Shown: positions 18,247 to 25,766 of the stretch, in pieces | Layout of the letters: every line of letters begins with the position of its first letter | Numbering within the stretch: the first letter of the stretch is position 1 | IMG/VR virus record: IMGVR_UViG_2740892469_000001 | Coordinates: 1-64,000 of that record | DNA length: 64,000 nt | DNA from: a virus | Lineage: Duplodnaviria > Caudoviricetes | Strand: one strand, 5' to 3' | The notes under the pieces: model-generated | What the model saw: only the letters and a program-made list of their open reading frames with translations | Database searches by the model: none | Told to the model about the DNA's origin: nothing | Program-made: the position numbers and the translations under genes

Positions 18247-20231
18247 CTTGATCCACCTTTCAATCTCGCGGCTAACTCAGCGATGCTGAGACCGGATGTT
18301 TGTGGTTGTTCTTGAGGTTGTTGGGGTTGCGGCTCTTCCAGTTCGAGACCGAACCGTTGAGTGAGAATGTTGAGTGCCGCATACGCATACACCCATCCGT
18401 CTAACGCTTCATCAAATGGGTGGTATTGCTTCACCCATCGCCAAACTTGTCGCCCTGACTTGTCATGTTCCAACTTTTTATTGGCTGAGCAGAGCTGCTT
18501 GAAAAACTCATCACCGGCTATGTCATCATCCAATGGAAAGTGAACACATCCAGGCACAGGTTCATCACCTTTCGGGGTTAAACCTAAACGGCTGTAAAGT
18601 CGTTGCTTGATACCGTCGGTACCTAGCCTAGTGAGGTAGACTTTTTTGTTGTTTTTCTTGCGAGGGAAGTTTTGTATCGGCTTGCCGTATTGGTTCTCAC
18701 CTTGGATTGGGATCACCCACATCACGCCGTGCGTTCGACTCATCTGGTAAACGTCATCGGTTTTATGGCCCATGGCGTCCCAACACCAAAGCTGAACGTC
18801 CATCACTTGGCCACTGCGCTTTTTGTAGGTCCGATACAGCGCTTTTCCAGCGGCATCCTTTAATACTTGGCTCGATAAATCCCCGAGAAGAACGATGTGC
18901 TCGACAAGCCAACATTCTTCACCTGGTCCCCACGCCCACACAAAGAGTTCGATGCGGTCATCCTGAGTATCAATGCCTCCGGTCAAAACCACGGCTCGCT
19001 CAGGTACTGGGTTACTGGTGCGACTCTCTGCCCACCATATTTCACGGCGCGACTTGAGATGCTCCCAATCCAGCTTCTCTCCGTTCTCACCATCCCAAAG
19101 CTCACCGAGCGTTAGATTGACGAACGTTTTGAGCTGACTTGGGTCGTCTTTCTTGTTGAGGAAGTCACGCACTATGCCGCGCCAACCTGCACTCAATTTG
19201 GTGTTGTATCCTGACCAAATGTGAATACCGACGCTGCTTGGCGTTGGCGCTGGGTTGTCGTCTATATCAAAGAACTCATGGCCATCGCGTGTCCATGTGC
19301 CATCTTCGGCAATCCAACGACCTGCAAGCTCCATCTTGTAGAGGTGCTTGTAGTAGATAGGGTCGTCACAATGCACGCAGCTGTAATAAACTGTCTTTGA
19401 TTTTTTCTCGATACTTGGCTGAGTGTTGTCCCACTTGAAGCCATGTTTATCTTCTTTACTGCCCCACTCCAAAACCTGCTCGGTTCCGCAGTGTGGGCAT
19501 GGCAGATAAAAGCGGAAAGTCAGCTCCATCTTTGCCATTAGGCGTTCAACGTGCGACTCGCCTGTATTGGTTGGTGTGGTTCCCCACCTTGCCATCGGGA
19601 AAGCGGCGCCTTCCAAACGCATTCGCGCAAGATCGATAGGGTTACCTTCTTTACCGACTTCCCAATCCCATCCGTCAATCTCATCACCGAACAACGCGCC
19701 TTTAGTCAGAGCACGCATGTTTCGCGGTGTGGATGTGCCGAGGACATGCAGCGACCAGCCTGTTCCCTGTTTGTAGGAAACGGTGTTTCGGTGGTCCTTA
19801 GCGAATAAGGCTGGGAAGATTTGGTGCATGATTGGCATTTCCTGCCAAGCAGCATCAATCTCGGTGACAGAGATGTTTTTTGCGTCGTTCTCTGTCGGTA
19901 CGTAAATCACGGTGTTGGTTTTGAACTGAGCATGCAGACAAGAGTTTGCTGCTATGACCAACTTGGACCAGCCAACACGAGCCGACTTTTGCATGGTCAG
20001 CTCGGATATAGCGCGGTTGCACATCATGTTGAGTGGCACAACCTGCAAAGGCAGTGTTTCCCAAAAGCCTTCTTCCTGAGAAGAACCAGCAGCTAACCGG
20101 AAATGCTTATTGGCCCACTCCGCTCCCTTGATTGCGATTGTTCTCCTCATCCCCATCAAGCCACGACGGACTTTCGTCTGGATCGCTGTCAATGTAATCG
20201 GAGAGGTTTGGTTGAACATCGGCACACTCAT
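18243..20231 (-). CDS. Terminase large subunit (lambda gpA-like)
   Basis: Walker A KSARVGWSK, FGDEID, FYLPCPHCG and GIDTQDDR motifs. Confidence 0.95.
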   Translation of the reverse strand: MSVPMFNQTSPITLTAIQTKVRRGLMGMRRTIAIKGAEWANKHFRLAAGSSQEEGFWETLPLQVVPLNMMCNRAISELTMQKSARVGWSKLVIAANSCLHAQFKTNTVIYVPTENDAKNISVTEIDAAWQEMPIMHQIFPALFAKDHRNTVSYKQGTGWSLHVLGTSTPRNMRALTKGALFGDEIDGWDWEVGKEGNPIDLARMRLEGAAFPMARWGTTPTNTGESHVERLMAKMELTFRFYLPCPHCGTEQVLEWGSKEDKHGFKWDNTQPSIEKKSKTVYYSCVHCDDPIYYKHLYKMELAGRWIAEDGTWTRDGHEFFDIDDNPAPTPSSVGIHIWSGYNTKLSAGWRGIVRDFLNKKDDPSQLKTFVNLTLGELWDGENGEKLDWEHLKSRREIWWAESRTSNPVPERAVVLTGGIDTQDDRIELFVWAWGPGEECWLVEHIVLLGDLSSQVLKDAAGKALYRTYKKRSGQVMDVQLWCWDAMGHKTDDVYQMSRTHGVMWVIPIQGENQYGKPIQNFPRKKNNKKVYLTRLGTDGIKQRLYSRLGLTPKGDEPVPGCVHFPLDDDIAGDEFFKQLCSANKKLEHDKSGRQVWRWVKQYHPFDEALDGWVYAYAALNILTQRFGLELEEPQPQQPQEQPQTSGLSIAELAARLKGGSR

Positions 20232-20709
20232 TTAATACAGCAGCAATCACGGCCTCTAAAACTTCCACCGCTTCGGGTGGCATGTCGGGCCATGCGTTCT
20301 TTAGTTTCGGAAGGAGGGTGTCGAGGCGTGTGCCCACTCTGGCGCATACCTGTTCTAAGGTATCGACGATGATGTCTATTGGTGCGTAACTTTTTTCAAA
20401 CAGTACGCGCTTGGCTTTTAGCATCGCCAACTTTTCGCGCCGTTCCTCTATCTTGAGATCGCGCTCTAATTTCGCAAACGCTTCCTCATCTTCTTGCTCG
20501 GTTTCCGGTTTTGAATCGGAGGCTTTTGATTGCGATTTATAGGTAATGTAAGCATGGATACACGCAAGAGGATCGATACCATTTCGCCCTTTGGCGACAG
20601 GCAGAACCCCTTGTTGCGTAAGGTTTCGGACCTGTCTAGATGAAATGCCAAGAAGCGTCGCTATGTCCAACTGCGTGAACTTTTTGCTCGGGTTGAATAG
20701 TTCGCTCAT
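20107..20709 (-). CDS. Terminase small subunit (Nu1-like)
   Basis: N-terminal winged HTH (TQLDIATLLGISSRQVRNL), coiled coil; directly after cos. Confidence 0.88.
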   Translation of the reverse strand: MSELFNPSKKFTQLDIATLLGISSRQVRNLTQQGVLPVAKGRNGIDPLACIHAYITYKSQSKASDSKPETEQEDEEAFAKLERDLKIEERREKLAMLKAKRVLFEKSYAPIDIIVDTLEQVCARVGTRLDTLLPKLKNAWPDMPPEAVEVLEAVIAAVLNECADVQPNLSDYIDSDPDESPSWLDGDEENNRNQGSGVGQ

Positions 20710-20757
20710 TCATGGTTTTTGACCGGAAACCGGAAACCTCCAAAATAAAAAAAATTT

Positions 20758-20922
20758 TTAACGAGAGCTTTTCTGCGAGGTCGAGCCCCCGTGGTCGCTC
20801 AGGGTGCCCAGAAGGACCCGTTCCAATTGAGCCGCGCGCTGCATTGTTCCTCGCTCAAACTCGTGCCAAGCTTTCTTTCGACTGCGCCGATTACGCTTAG
20901 CGTCTGGCTTGAGCACATACAT
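20758..20922 (-). CDS. Basic 54-aa ORF spanning the cos site
   Basis: Translated by hand; TGATG coupling to the upstream ORF and a GAGGTG RBS. Confidence 0.4.
   Translation of the reverse strand: MYVLKPDAKRNRRSRKKAWHEFERGTMQRAAQLERVLLGTLSDHGGSTSQKSSR
20778..20819 (-). other. Lambda-type cos site: cosQ GGGTCCT (20813-20819) and predicted 12-nt cohesive end GGGGCTCGACCT (20778-20789)
   Basis: Exact lambda cosQ heptamer, 23 nt, then ACG^GGGGCTCGACCT-CGC versus lambda ACG^GGGCGGCGACCT-CGC. Confidence 0.85.
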
Positions 20923-21113
20923 CACGCCACCTCGTTCTGAGTCGTGGTCGTTTGCTTCGCTGCTTGAATCGCTTTGATGTTCGCCTCTTCAAGTAGCTGC
21001 TTCGCCTCTTCCATTAGCTGAGGGTTACATGTGTCTTGATTGGTCATCATCTTCTCCAATGCTTGGCATTGCGTATTCATGACAGACTCGAACATCGATA
21101 CTGATTGGCACAT
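20922..21113 (-). CDS. Small hypothetical protein, 63 aa
   Basis: ORF track; co-oriented with the late genes. Confidence 0.5.
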   Translation of the reverse strand: MCQSVSMFESVMNTQCQALEKMMTNQDTCNPQLMEEAKQLLEEANIKAIQAAKQTTTTQNEVA

Positions 21114-21138
21114 AGCGTGGTCTCACTCTTTGATTGAT

Positions 21139-21226
21139 TGGCGGAGAAAGAGGGATTCGAACCCTCGGTGCGTTGCCGCACATTCCCTTAGCAGGGGAAC
21201 ACCATCGGCCTCTCGGTCACTTCTCC
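21139..21226 (-). tRNA. tRNA-Ser(GCT)
   Basis: Acceptor stem GGAGAAG/TTTCTCC, anticodon arm TTCCC-CTGCTAA-GGGAA, long variable arm, GGTTCGAATCC T-arm, G73 and encoded CCA. Confidence 0.93.
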
Positions 21227-21445
21227 TTTATTGCTCAACACTCTCACCGAGAACGTTCAGCAATAAAGCGTCGAATGGTTGTTCACAATCCAGTGCGCCA
21301 CCTAAACAACTATCGACTTTTCCTTTGTATGGCTCGGGTTTGTCACGGTCTGGTGGATTGTCCATACCGTGACTGTCATGAGTTTGGTTTCCGTGACGCT
21401 CGTCTAGCCTGCCCGTTCAGTTGTCGTCACCCGCCCACTTGGGAG
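21227..21445 (-). ncRNA. Candidate structured ncRNA immediately 5' of the tRNA
   Basis: Series of stems: GTGACG/CGTCAC, GTCACGGT/ACCGTGAC, GTCGA..GTTGTT/AACAAC..TCGAC, TTTATTGCT/AGCAATAAA; no sense ORF. Confidence 0.45.
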
Positions 21446-21598
21446 TTAACAATGCATAAGCTCTCCTTGATAGAATCAATACAAAAACAGTTGTGGTAAC
21501 TCATTGCTTAAAACTCTCGTAAAAGTCCTAACCAATGAATAAAGCCAGCAATCGCTGGCTTTAATGGGAGATAGTAAGTACGCAATCAATCAGTCACG

Positions 21599-21901
21599 CT
21601 ACTTGTCTACCTGTTTGTCTTGGTACCACTGTTTAATCTTGTCGGGTCTAACCGCGCACTTATCAAACTCAATACTCCAAGTGATATCGCGAGTGTATGA
21701 CTCATCTTGGCTGTGAGTCTTCATCGCCTCTTCAAATGGTGGGATGCATGGAGCAAGCAAGGCAGGTGGCGGAAGCATCGGAACATATTCAATCTTGTAC
21801 AGCACTTCCCTTTCTGGAGTCGTAATACTGCTGCATCCGCTCAGCGATGCCAGGACTAAAGCGCTCGTCACAGCCACTATTAAAATCCGTTGCTTCTTCA
21901 T
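21599..21901 (-). CDS. o-spanin (Rz1-like lipoprotein)
   Basis: Lipobox LSGC, Pro-rich PPPALLAPC, overlaps Rz. Confidence 0.85.
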   Translation of the reverse strand: MKKQRILIVAVTSALVLASLSGCSSITTPEREVLYKIEYVPMLPPPALLAPCIPPFEEAMKTHSQDESYTRDITWSIEFDKCAVRPDKIKQWYQDKQVDK

Positions 21902-22214
21902 CGAGTATCTTCCCTAATTCAAATAGTGTGGTCTCAAGCTTTGTGTCCATGGACACATTGAACTTTCGCATCCACTCATCGGCCACTTGCGCGTCCACCA
22001 ATTGCTTATTGAGCGACTTAATCGTCTCGTTCTGCGATGTGTTAAAAGCAATCGCAACATCTAACTTTGCCCTCTCGGCAGCGAGTTCTGAGGAAGCTTG
22101 GCTCAAAGCTTCTCGCGCCTTTTGCGTTTGGCTATCACTGATAAACAGCAGTCCAACCAACACCGCAATAACAATTAAAGGGCCAACGCCTATGAACTTT
22201 CTAATCCATGACAT
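21789..22214 (-). CDS. i-spanin (Rz-like)
   Basis: N-terminal TM helix plus coiled coil, after the endolysin. Confidence 0.8.
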   Translation of the reverse strand: MSWIRKFIGVGPLIVIAVLVGLLFISDSQTQKAREALSQASSELAAERAKLDVAIAFNTSQNETIKSLNKQLVDAQVADEWMRKFNVSMDTKLETTLFELGKILDEEATDFNSGCDERFSPGIAERMQQYYDSRKGSAVQD

Positions 22215-22846
22215 AGATTGGCCTCCACCTCTCTACGGTTGATTAAGCCTTTCAGTTTCTGACCACCTGCATAAACCCAATACTTCAGCTCATTGCATGC
22301 GCCAGTAAACCAGCCCTGCTTAATCTTGTGGTAAATGCGTGTCTCGCTACCATCACGGTTGTGCTTGAATCGCGTGCAACCCGTGTTAAATATGAACGAT
22401 GTGAAAGCATCAACTTGGCCCTGGCTCATCGAAGCCACATCACCGGATGACGCGAGACAATTCTGTGCAGCGATGATATTTCGAGTCCAATCAATGGCTA
22501 TCTGTTCATCGCTCTTAATTCCGTCAGTAACACCGTGCGTGTTACCAATACCATCGGTTTTTAACCCTGCTGGGCAGGTGTAAGGGCTTCGTCTGCATCC
22601 TTCCGCATTACCGATAACCTCCAGTGCCTTGGGCGAGACAATCAGCTCGCCAACCTCAACACCGCCAATCTCAACCAGACCAATTCGTTCCCAATCATCA
22701 ACAGGGCGAACATCCTGACTAATCGCATCATATTGCGCAGTTGGCTCAACACTGGCTGAGAGTTTGGAATCATCCTTTACAGCGCCACCAACGATCACGC
22801 CGATAACGGCCATGACGGAACAAACGATTTTCTTAGTGTGCTGCAT
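22190..22846 (-). CDS. SAR endolysin (GH24 lysozyme)
   Basis: Weakly hydrophobic N-terminus; E-x8-C-x5-T in AEGCRRSPYTCPAGLKT; FNTGC, WVY.GG..LKGL.NRR. Confidence 0.92.
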   Translation of the reverse strand: MQHTKKIVCSVMAVIGVIVGGAVKDDSKLSASVEPTAQYDAISQDVRPVDDWERIGLVEIGGVEVGELIVSPKALEVIGNAEGCRRSPYTCPAGLKTDGIGNTHGVTDGIKSDEQIAIDWTRNIIAAQNCLASSGDVASMSQGQVDAFTSFIFNTGCTRFKHNRDGSETRIYHKIKQGWFTGACNELKYWVYAGGQKLKGLINRREVEANLCHGLESS

Positions 22847-23127
22847 TAAGTCTCATCCTCTCCTGTCAATTGCATCAATTGCGCTTCACGCTTCAGTTCG
22901 AATTCCTTTTTTCGGAAGACGAAGTTCACCGTATTCGTAATGACAAAGGTCAGAATGGTACAAGTGATACCTACTATCATTGACAGCTCACTCCAACCTA
23001 GAGCGCCCATCGCAGCAGTAAAGCTACCAATCGCCGCAGTGATACGGTCACCCTTGGCGACTATGAATGCGATAAGCGCCGCTGCTAGAGCAGAAAGCGC
23101 CCAACGCTTGTGTTTTTTCTCTAGCAT
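22846..23127 (-). CDS. Holin
   Basis: Multiple TM segments, charged C-terminus, immediately before the endolysin; likely ATG at 23127. Confidence 0.75.
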   Translation of the reverse strand: MLEKKHKRWALSALAAALIAFIVAKGDRITAAIGSFTAAMGALGWSELSMIVGITCTILTFVITNTVNFVFRKKEFELKREAQLMQLTGEDET

Positions 23128-23166
23128 AAATAAAAAAGGCGCATTACTGCGCCCATCTCCAGGTAT

Positions 23167-23193
23167 AAAAAAGCCCCGCACGAAGGCGAGGCT
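23167..23193 (-). terminator. Intrinsic terminator in the late leader (tR'-like)
   Basis: AGCCTCGC-CTTCGT-GCGGGGCT-TTTTT on the minus strand, upstream of the holin. Confidence 0.75.
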
Positions 23194-23237
23194 ATAAAAT
23201 AAATTGTTGCGAGATACAAAAACCGCATGTTAGGTAA

Positions 23238-23266
23238 ACGATATACCAACAACCCCACCTTTGCAA
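23238..23266 (-). promoter_or_regulatory. Candidate late promoter (pR'-like)
   Basis: TTGCAA-17 nt-TATCGT about 45 nt upstream of the terminator. Confidence 0.45.
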
Positions 23267-23331
23267 CTATATGTTGTGTTAAATTTGCTCAATTTGTACA
23301 TATATTGATATTTCAAGTGTTCAGCTATTCG

Positions 23332-23601
23332 TTATCGGTAATATTTATAGTCTCGGTTCCACCCTTTATAGCTACCTTTAATCTCATGCAAGGCCAGTGG
23401 CCACAACAACCAATAAATAACCGTTATTTGTAGGGCTTGAAATGCAGTGCCCTTACGCACTGTTCTTCCGTAGTCAGACATAACAAGACCAAAGCAACCA
23501 ATAAGCGAAACTACGTTACCAATGCACAGATAGAACACCAACCAACCAAAAACCTCATTAAGTGTTGGTACAGTGATGAGTATTTGCGTTGTTTCCATCA
23601 C
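23332..23601 (-). CDS. Small membrane protein
   Basis: Two hydrophobic segments, WLLWP motif. Confidence 0.65.
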   Translation of the reverse strand: MMETTQILITVPTLNEVFGWLVFYLCIGNVVSLIGCFGLVMSDYGRTVRKGTAFQALQITVIYWLLWPLALHEIKGSYKGWNRDYKYYR

Positions 23602-23768
23602 TCTTCCTCATCATCTGGCATGCAGTTGTGGCAGGTGTGCTGTCCGCTATGCCATTCACCACAATCACCCCAATGGAAGGTGTTATTGCAACTCTTACAA
23701 GCGCCCATTTCAGACAAGTCGACTGGTTCGTCACACACGCAGCAGTCTCCACAATATTCAAGCGTCAT
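23598..23768 (-). CDS. 56-aa Cys/His-rich zinc-finger micro-protein (C4HC3, PHD-like spacing)
   Basis: Translated by hand: MTLEYCGDCCVCDEPVDLSEMGACKSCNNTFHWGDCGEWHSGQHTCHNCMPDDEEE; GGAG RBS; TGATG coupling to the next gene. Confidence 0.7.
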   Translation of the reverse strand: MTLEYCGDCCVCDEPVDLSEMGACKSCNNTFHWGDCGEWHSGQHTCHNCMPDDEEE

Positions 23769-24177
23769 GGCTATTCTCCGGTAATAATCGTTCTAAACCT
23801 TTTCCGAAGTTGATGATCATGCTTAATCGGTTATCAACTTCACCAGTTACTCTTGCTTTTTCGATAGATTCTTGGACTTCATTCCACTCAAGGGTTTTAA
23901 TTTCTTCAAATGAGAAGTGCATCAAACCAACGCTAAGATTTTGCAGTTCCTTTTCGCACTTAGTGATCTTTTCGGCGTTCTTACCTTTAGAGTCCTCTTT
24001 ATCGTCCCAACCGCAAAAAATGGCGACGCCTTTAAGTGCTAATGAGGCTAGGGCAATAATTGCAATTGATAGATAAATAACAATAGGCCCATTCTTACTA
24101 ACTAATGGGTAGTAAATGAAGATAACCAAAGGCAAGGTCATCAGAACTCCGATTACCTTCTTTCTGCAAATTTTCAT
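23758..24177 (-). CDS. Two-TM membrane protein, AT-rich
   Basis: ORF track; two hydrophobic helices. Confidence 0.65.
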   Translation of the reverse strand: MKICRKKVIGVLMTLPLVIFIYYPLVSKNGPIVIYLSIAIIALASLALKGVAIFCGWDDKEDSKGKNAEKITKCEKELQNLSVGLMHFSFEEIKTLEWNEVQESIEKARVTGEVDNRLSMIINFGKGLERLLPENSHDA

Positions 24178-24368
24178 TACAAGACATCGCCTCTGACCAA
24201 AACCACGCCATGTTCAGAAGCAAGCGCACCAGTAACCACCGAGCCATCTTGCGTTCTAACCAGACCAAAAGACTCTGCTGCTTGAATCGCCTCTCTAAGA
24301 AGTATCGCAGCCTCTTGTACCGTTTTGATTTCGTTAGATTCCGTGTTATTGACTAAATCTTTGCTCAT
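24177..24368 (-). CDS. Hypothetical protein, 63 aa
   Basis: AAGGA RBS; TAATG coupling to the next gene. Confidence 0.65.
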   Translation of the reverse strand: MSKDLVNNTESNEIKTVQEAAILLREAIQAAESFGLVRTQDGSVVTGALASEHGVVLVRGDVL

Positions 24369-24439
24369 TATTCAATCCTTAAGCGGCTCGCAAGAGCCGC
24401 TATCATCATCGCCAAACAGTATTAGCGAAGCTTTATTTG

Positions 24440-24763
24440 TTAATCACGCTTAAAGCCACCACAAATAGGCAAAAACTCAAGCATGGATTCCATTTGATTA
24501 GTGCGTTCTGAGAAATAACGGTGATTTTGGTATTCGTCAGTCTTCACGTACTCGGTTAGAATTTCGTGCATCTTCAGCGCTTCTTCTTCCGTGAACCATT
24601 CACCAACAAAACCTTCATGCTCGTATTTAATCGTGCCTCTATCGGTGTATTCCGCCTCAACCATTTTGCAAAGTGGCGTCTCCACAAACAAAGCATTCCA
24701 AAAGCCGTTAGGCTTACCTAGCTCTAAAGCCTCTTTGTTTCTCGGGATGATATTAAAAGCCAT
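24440..24763 (-). CDS. Hypothetical protein, 107 aa
   Basis: AAGGAAAG RBS; ends FLPICGGF. Confidence 0.7.
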   Translation of the reverse strand: MAFNIIPRNKEALELGKPNGFWNALFVETPLCKMVEAEYTDRGTIKYEHEGFVGEWFTEEEALKMHEILTEYVKTDEYQNHRYFSERTNQMESMLEFLPICGGFKRD

Positions 24764-24772
24764 TGTCTTTCC

Positions 24773-25138
24773 TTACTTTCCAATTCTTGGTTGAGATGCA
24801 GGCCCTTGGTCTTTGCCTAACTTAGACATCACCACAAAAGACTGACGTTGAAGCGCTTCAACTAGCATAAGTAGGCCGAGGATTTGGAAGTTGTTATTCT
24901 TCACCGTTTGCGCTTCGAACGACATATCTTCGGCAATATTGAGTGACTTACTCATGATCTCGCCACGCAGCTTTTCAGCCAGTTCTTCTAACTTCCAACC
25001 GTGATGATTGTCGCGGCTCATTAGGATAGGGTGATCTTTTGCAACGGCGACTTGGGATTGCGCTTCTTCAATGATGTGGCTAACGTCACTCACTTCCAAA
25101 CCTGCATCTTCAATCATCTTTACTAATTTCGGGTTCAT
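24773..25138 (-). CDS. Hypothetical protein (starts MNPKLVKM...)
   Basis: GAGGA RBS before ATG at 25138. Confidence 0.7.
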   Translation of the reverse strand: MNPKLVKMIEDAGLEVSDVSHIIEEAQSQVAVAKDHPILMSRDNHHGWKLEELAEKLRGEIMSKSLNIAEDMSFEAQTVKNNNFQILGLLMLVEALQRQSFVVMSKLGKDQGPASQPRIGK

Positions 25139-25142
25139 AATC

Positions 25143-25391
25143 TCAATCCTCGTAGTCTTCTTCTTCAATTAAAGGCTCGCCACTCTCACACCAATAAAAC
25201 TGGCCAACATCCTCTTTTATGATTCCGCGATCAATAAGTTCGTCTTTCATTACTTTGAACAATTCATCTTGCGCAGCTTTCTCAGTCAGCGCTTGAGAGA
25301 AAGACGCCATTTCTACCTCGCAGCGCTTTCCCTCGATTTCAATAAACTTTCCAACTCTTAGGTTTTCCACAACTTGAATAGTTGTTGCCAT
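25143..25391 (-). CDS. Hypothetical protein, 82 aa
   Basis: AAGGA RBS; operon context. Confidence 0.65.
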   Translation of the reverse strand: MATTIQVVENLRVGKFIEIEGKRCEVEMASFSQALTEKAAQDELFKVMKDELIDRGIIKEDVGQFYWCESGEPLIEEEDYED

Positions 25392-25394
25392 AAT

Positions 25395-25766
25395 TCAATC
25401 CTTAATCGGCTCGTAGTAGCCGTTGTAATCGTGTTCGCTTAACCAGTGGCGGCGACGTTTCGGTACCTTGGCGGTTTTCTTCCATTGGTACGGCAGCTCG
25501 CGCTTTTCCCACTCCACTGGTAAGCCATCTTTTCTGAGGTGAACCTTGCAAGTAATGCCAAGCCAAGTGACCAAATAGAAATCGCCCTTGTCGATGGCGT
25601 TTGTGCTTGCACCTAAATTCTTAGCGAGGTAGGGGATAAGGGTTTCATCAACATCATGGCCGATAAGAAAAGGCTTCTTAACGCCATAAAGACGAAAGTA
25701 GACGTTGCCACTTTCAGAGCGCTAGAAGGTGCTGATTCTTCCTTTCAAACCCTCTGGCGAACTCAT
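25395..25766 (-). pseudogene. 123-codon ORF interrupted by an in-frame TAG at codon 15
   Basis: TGATG-coupled start; MSSPEGLKGRISTF*RSESGNVYFRLYG...YYEPIKD exactly fills the operon gap. Confidence 0.65.

Noticed and set aside
133-20900. Many 60-220 aa antisense or alternative-frame ORFs in the track (e.g. 4279-4950, 9723-10265, 15140-15637)
   Set aside because: They are shadows of well-supported minus-strand structural genes and show no recognisable motifs
21139-21226. tRNA as an amber suppressor (loop contains CTA) paired with the TAG-interrupted gene
   Set aside because: The 7-nt loop CT-GCT-AA places GCT at positions 34-36, CTA is off-register, and several normal genes end in TAG
21447-21470. 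AAGGAG RBS followed by ATG CAT TGT TAA (mini-ORF MHC) upstream of the structured RNA
   Set aside because: Only three codons; cannot be distinguished from chance or a gene remnant
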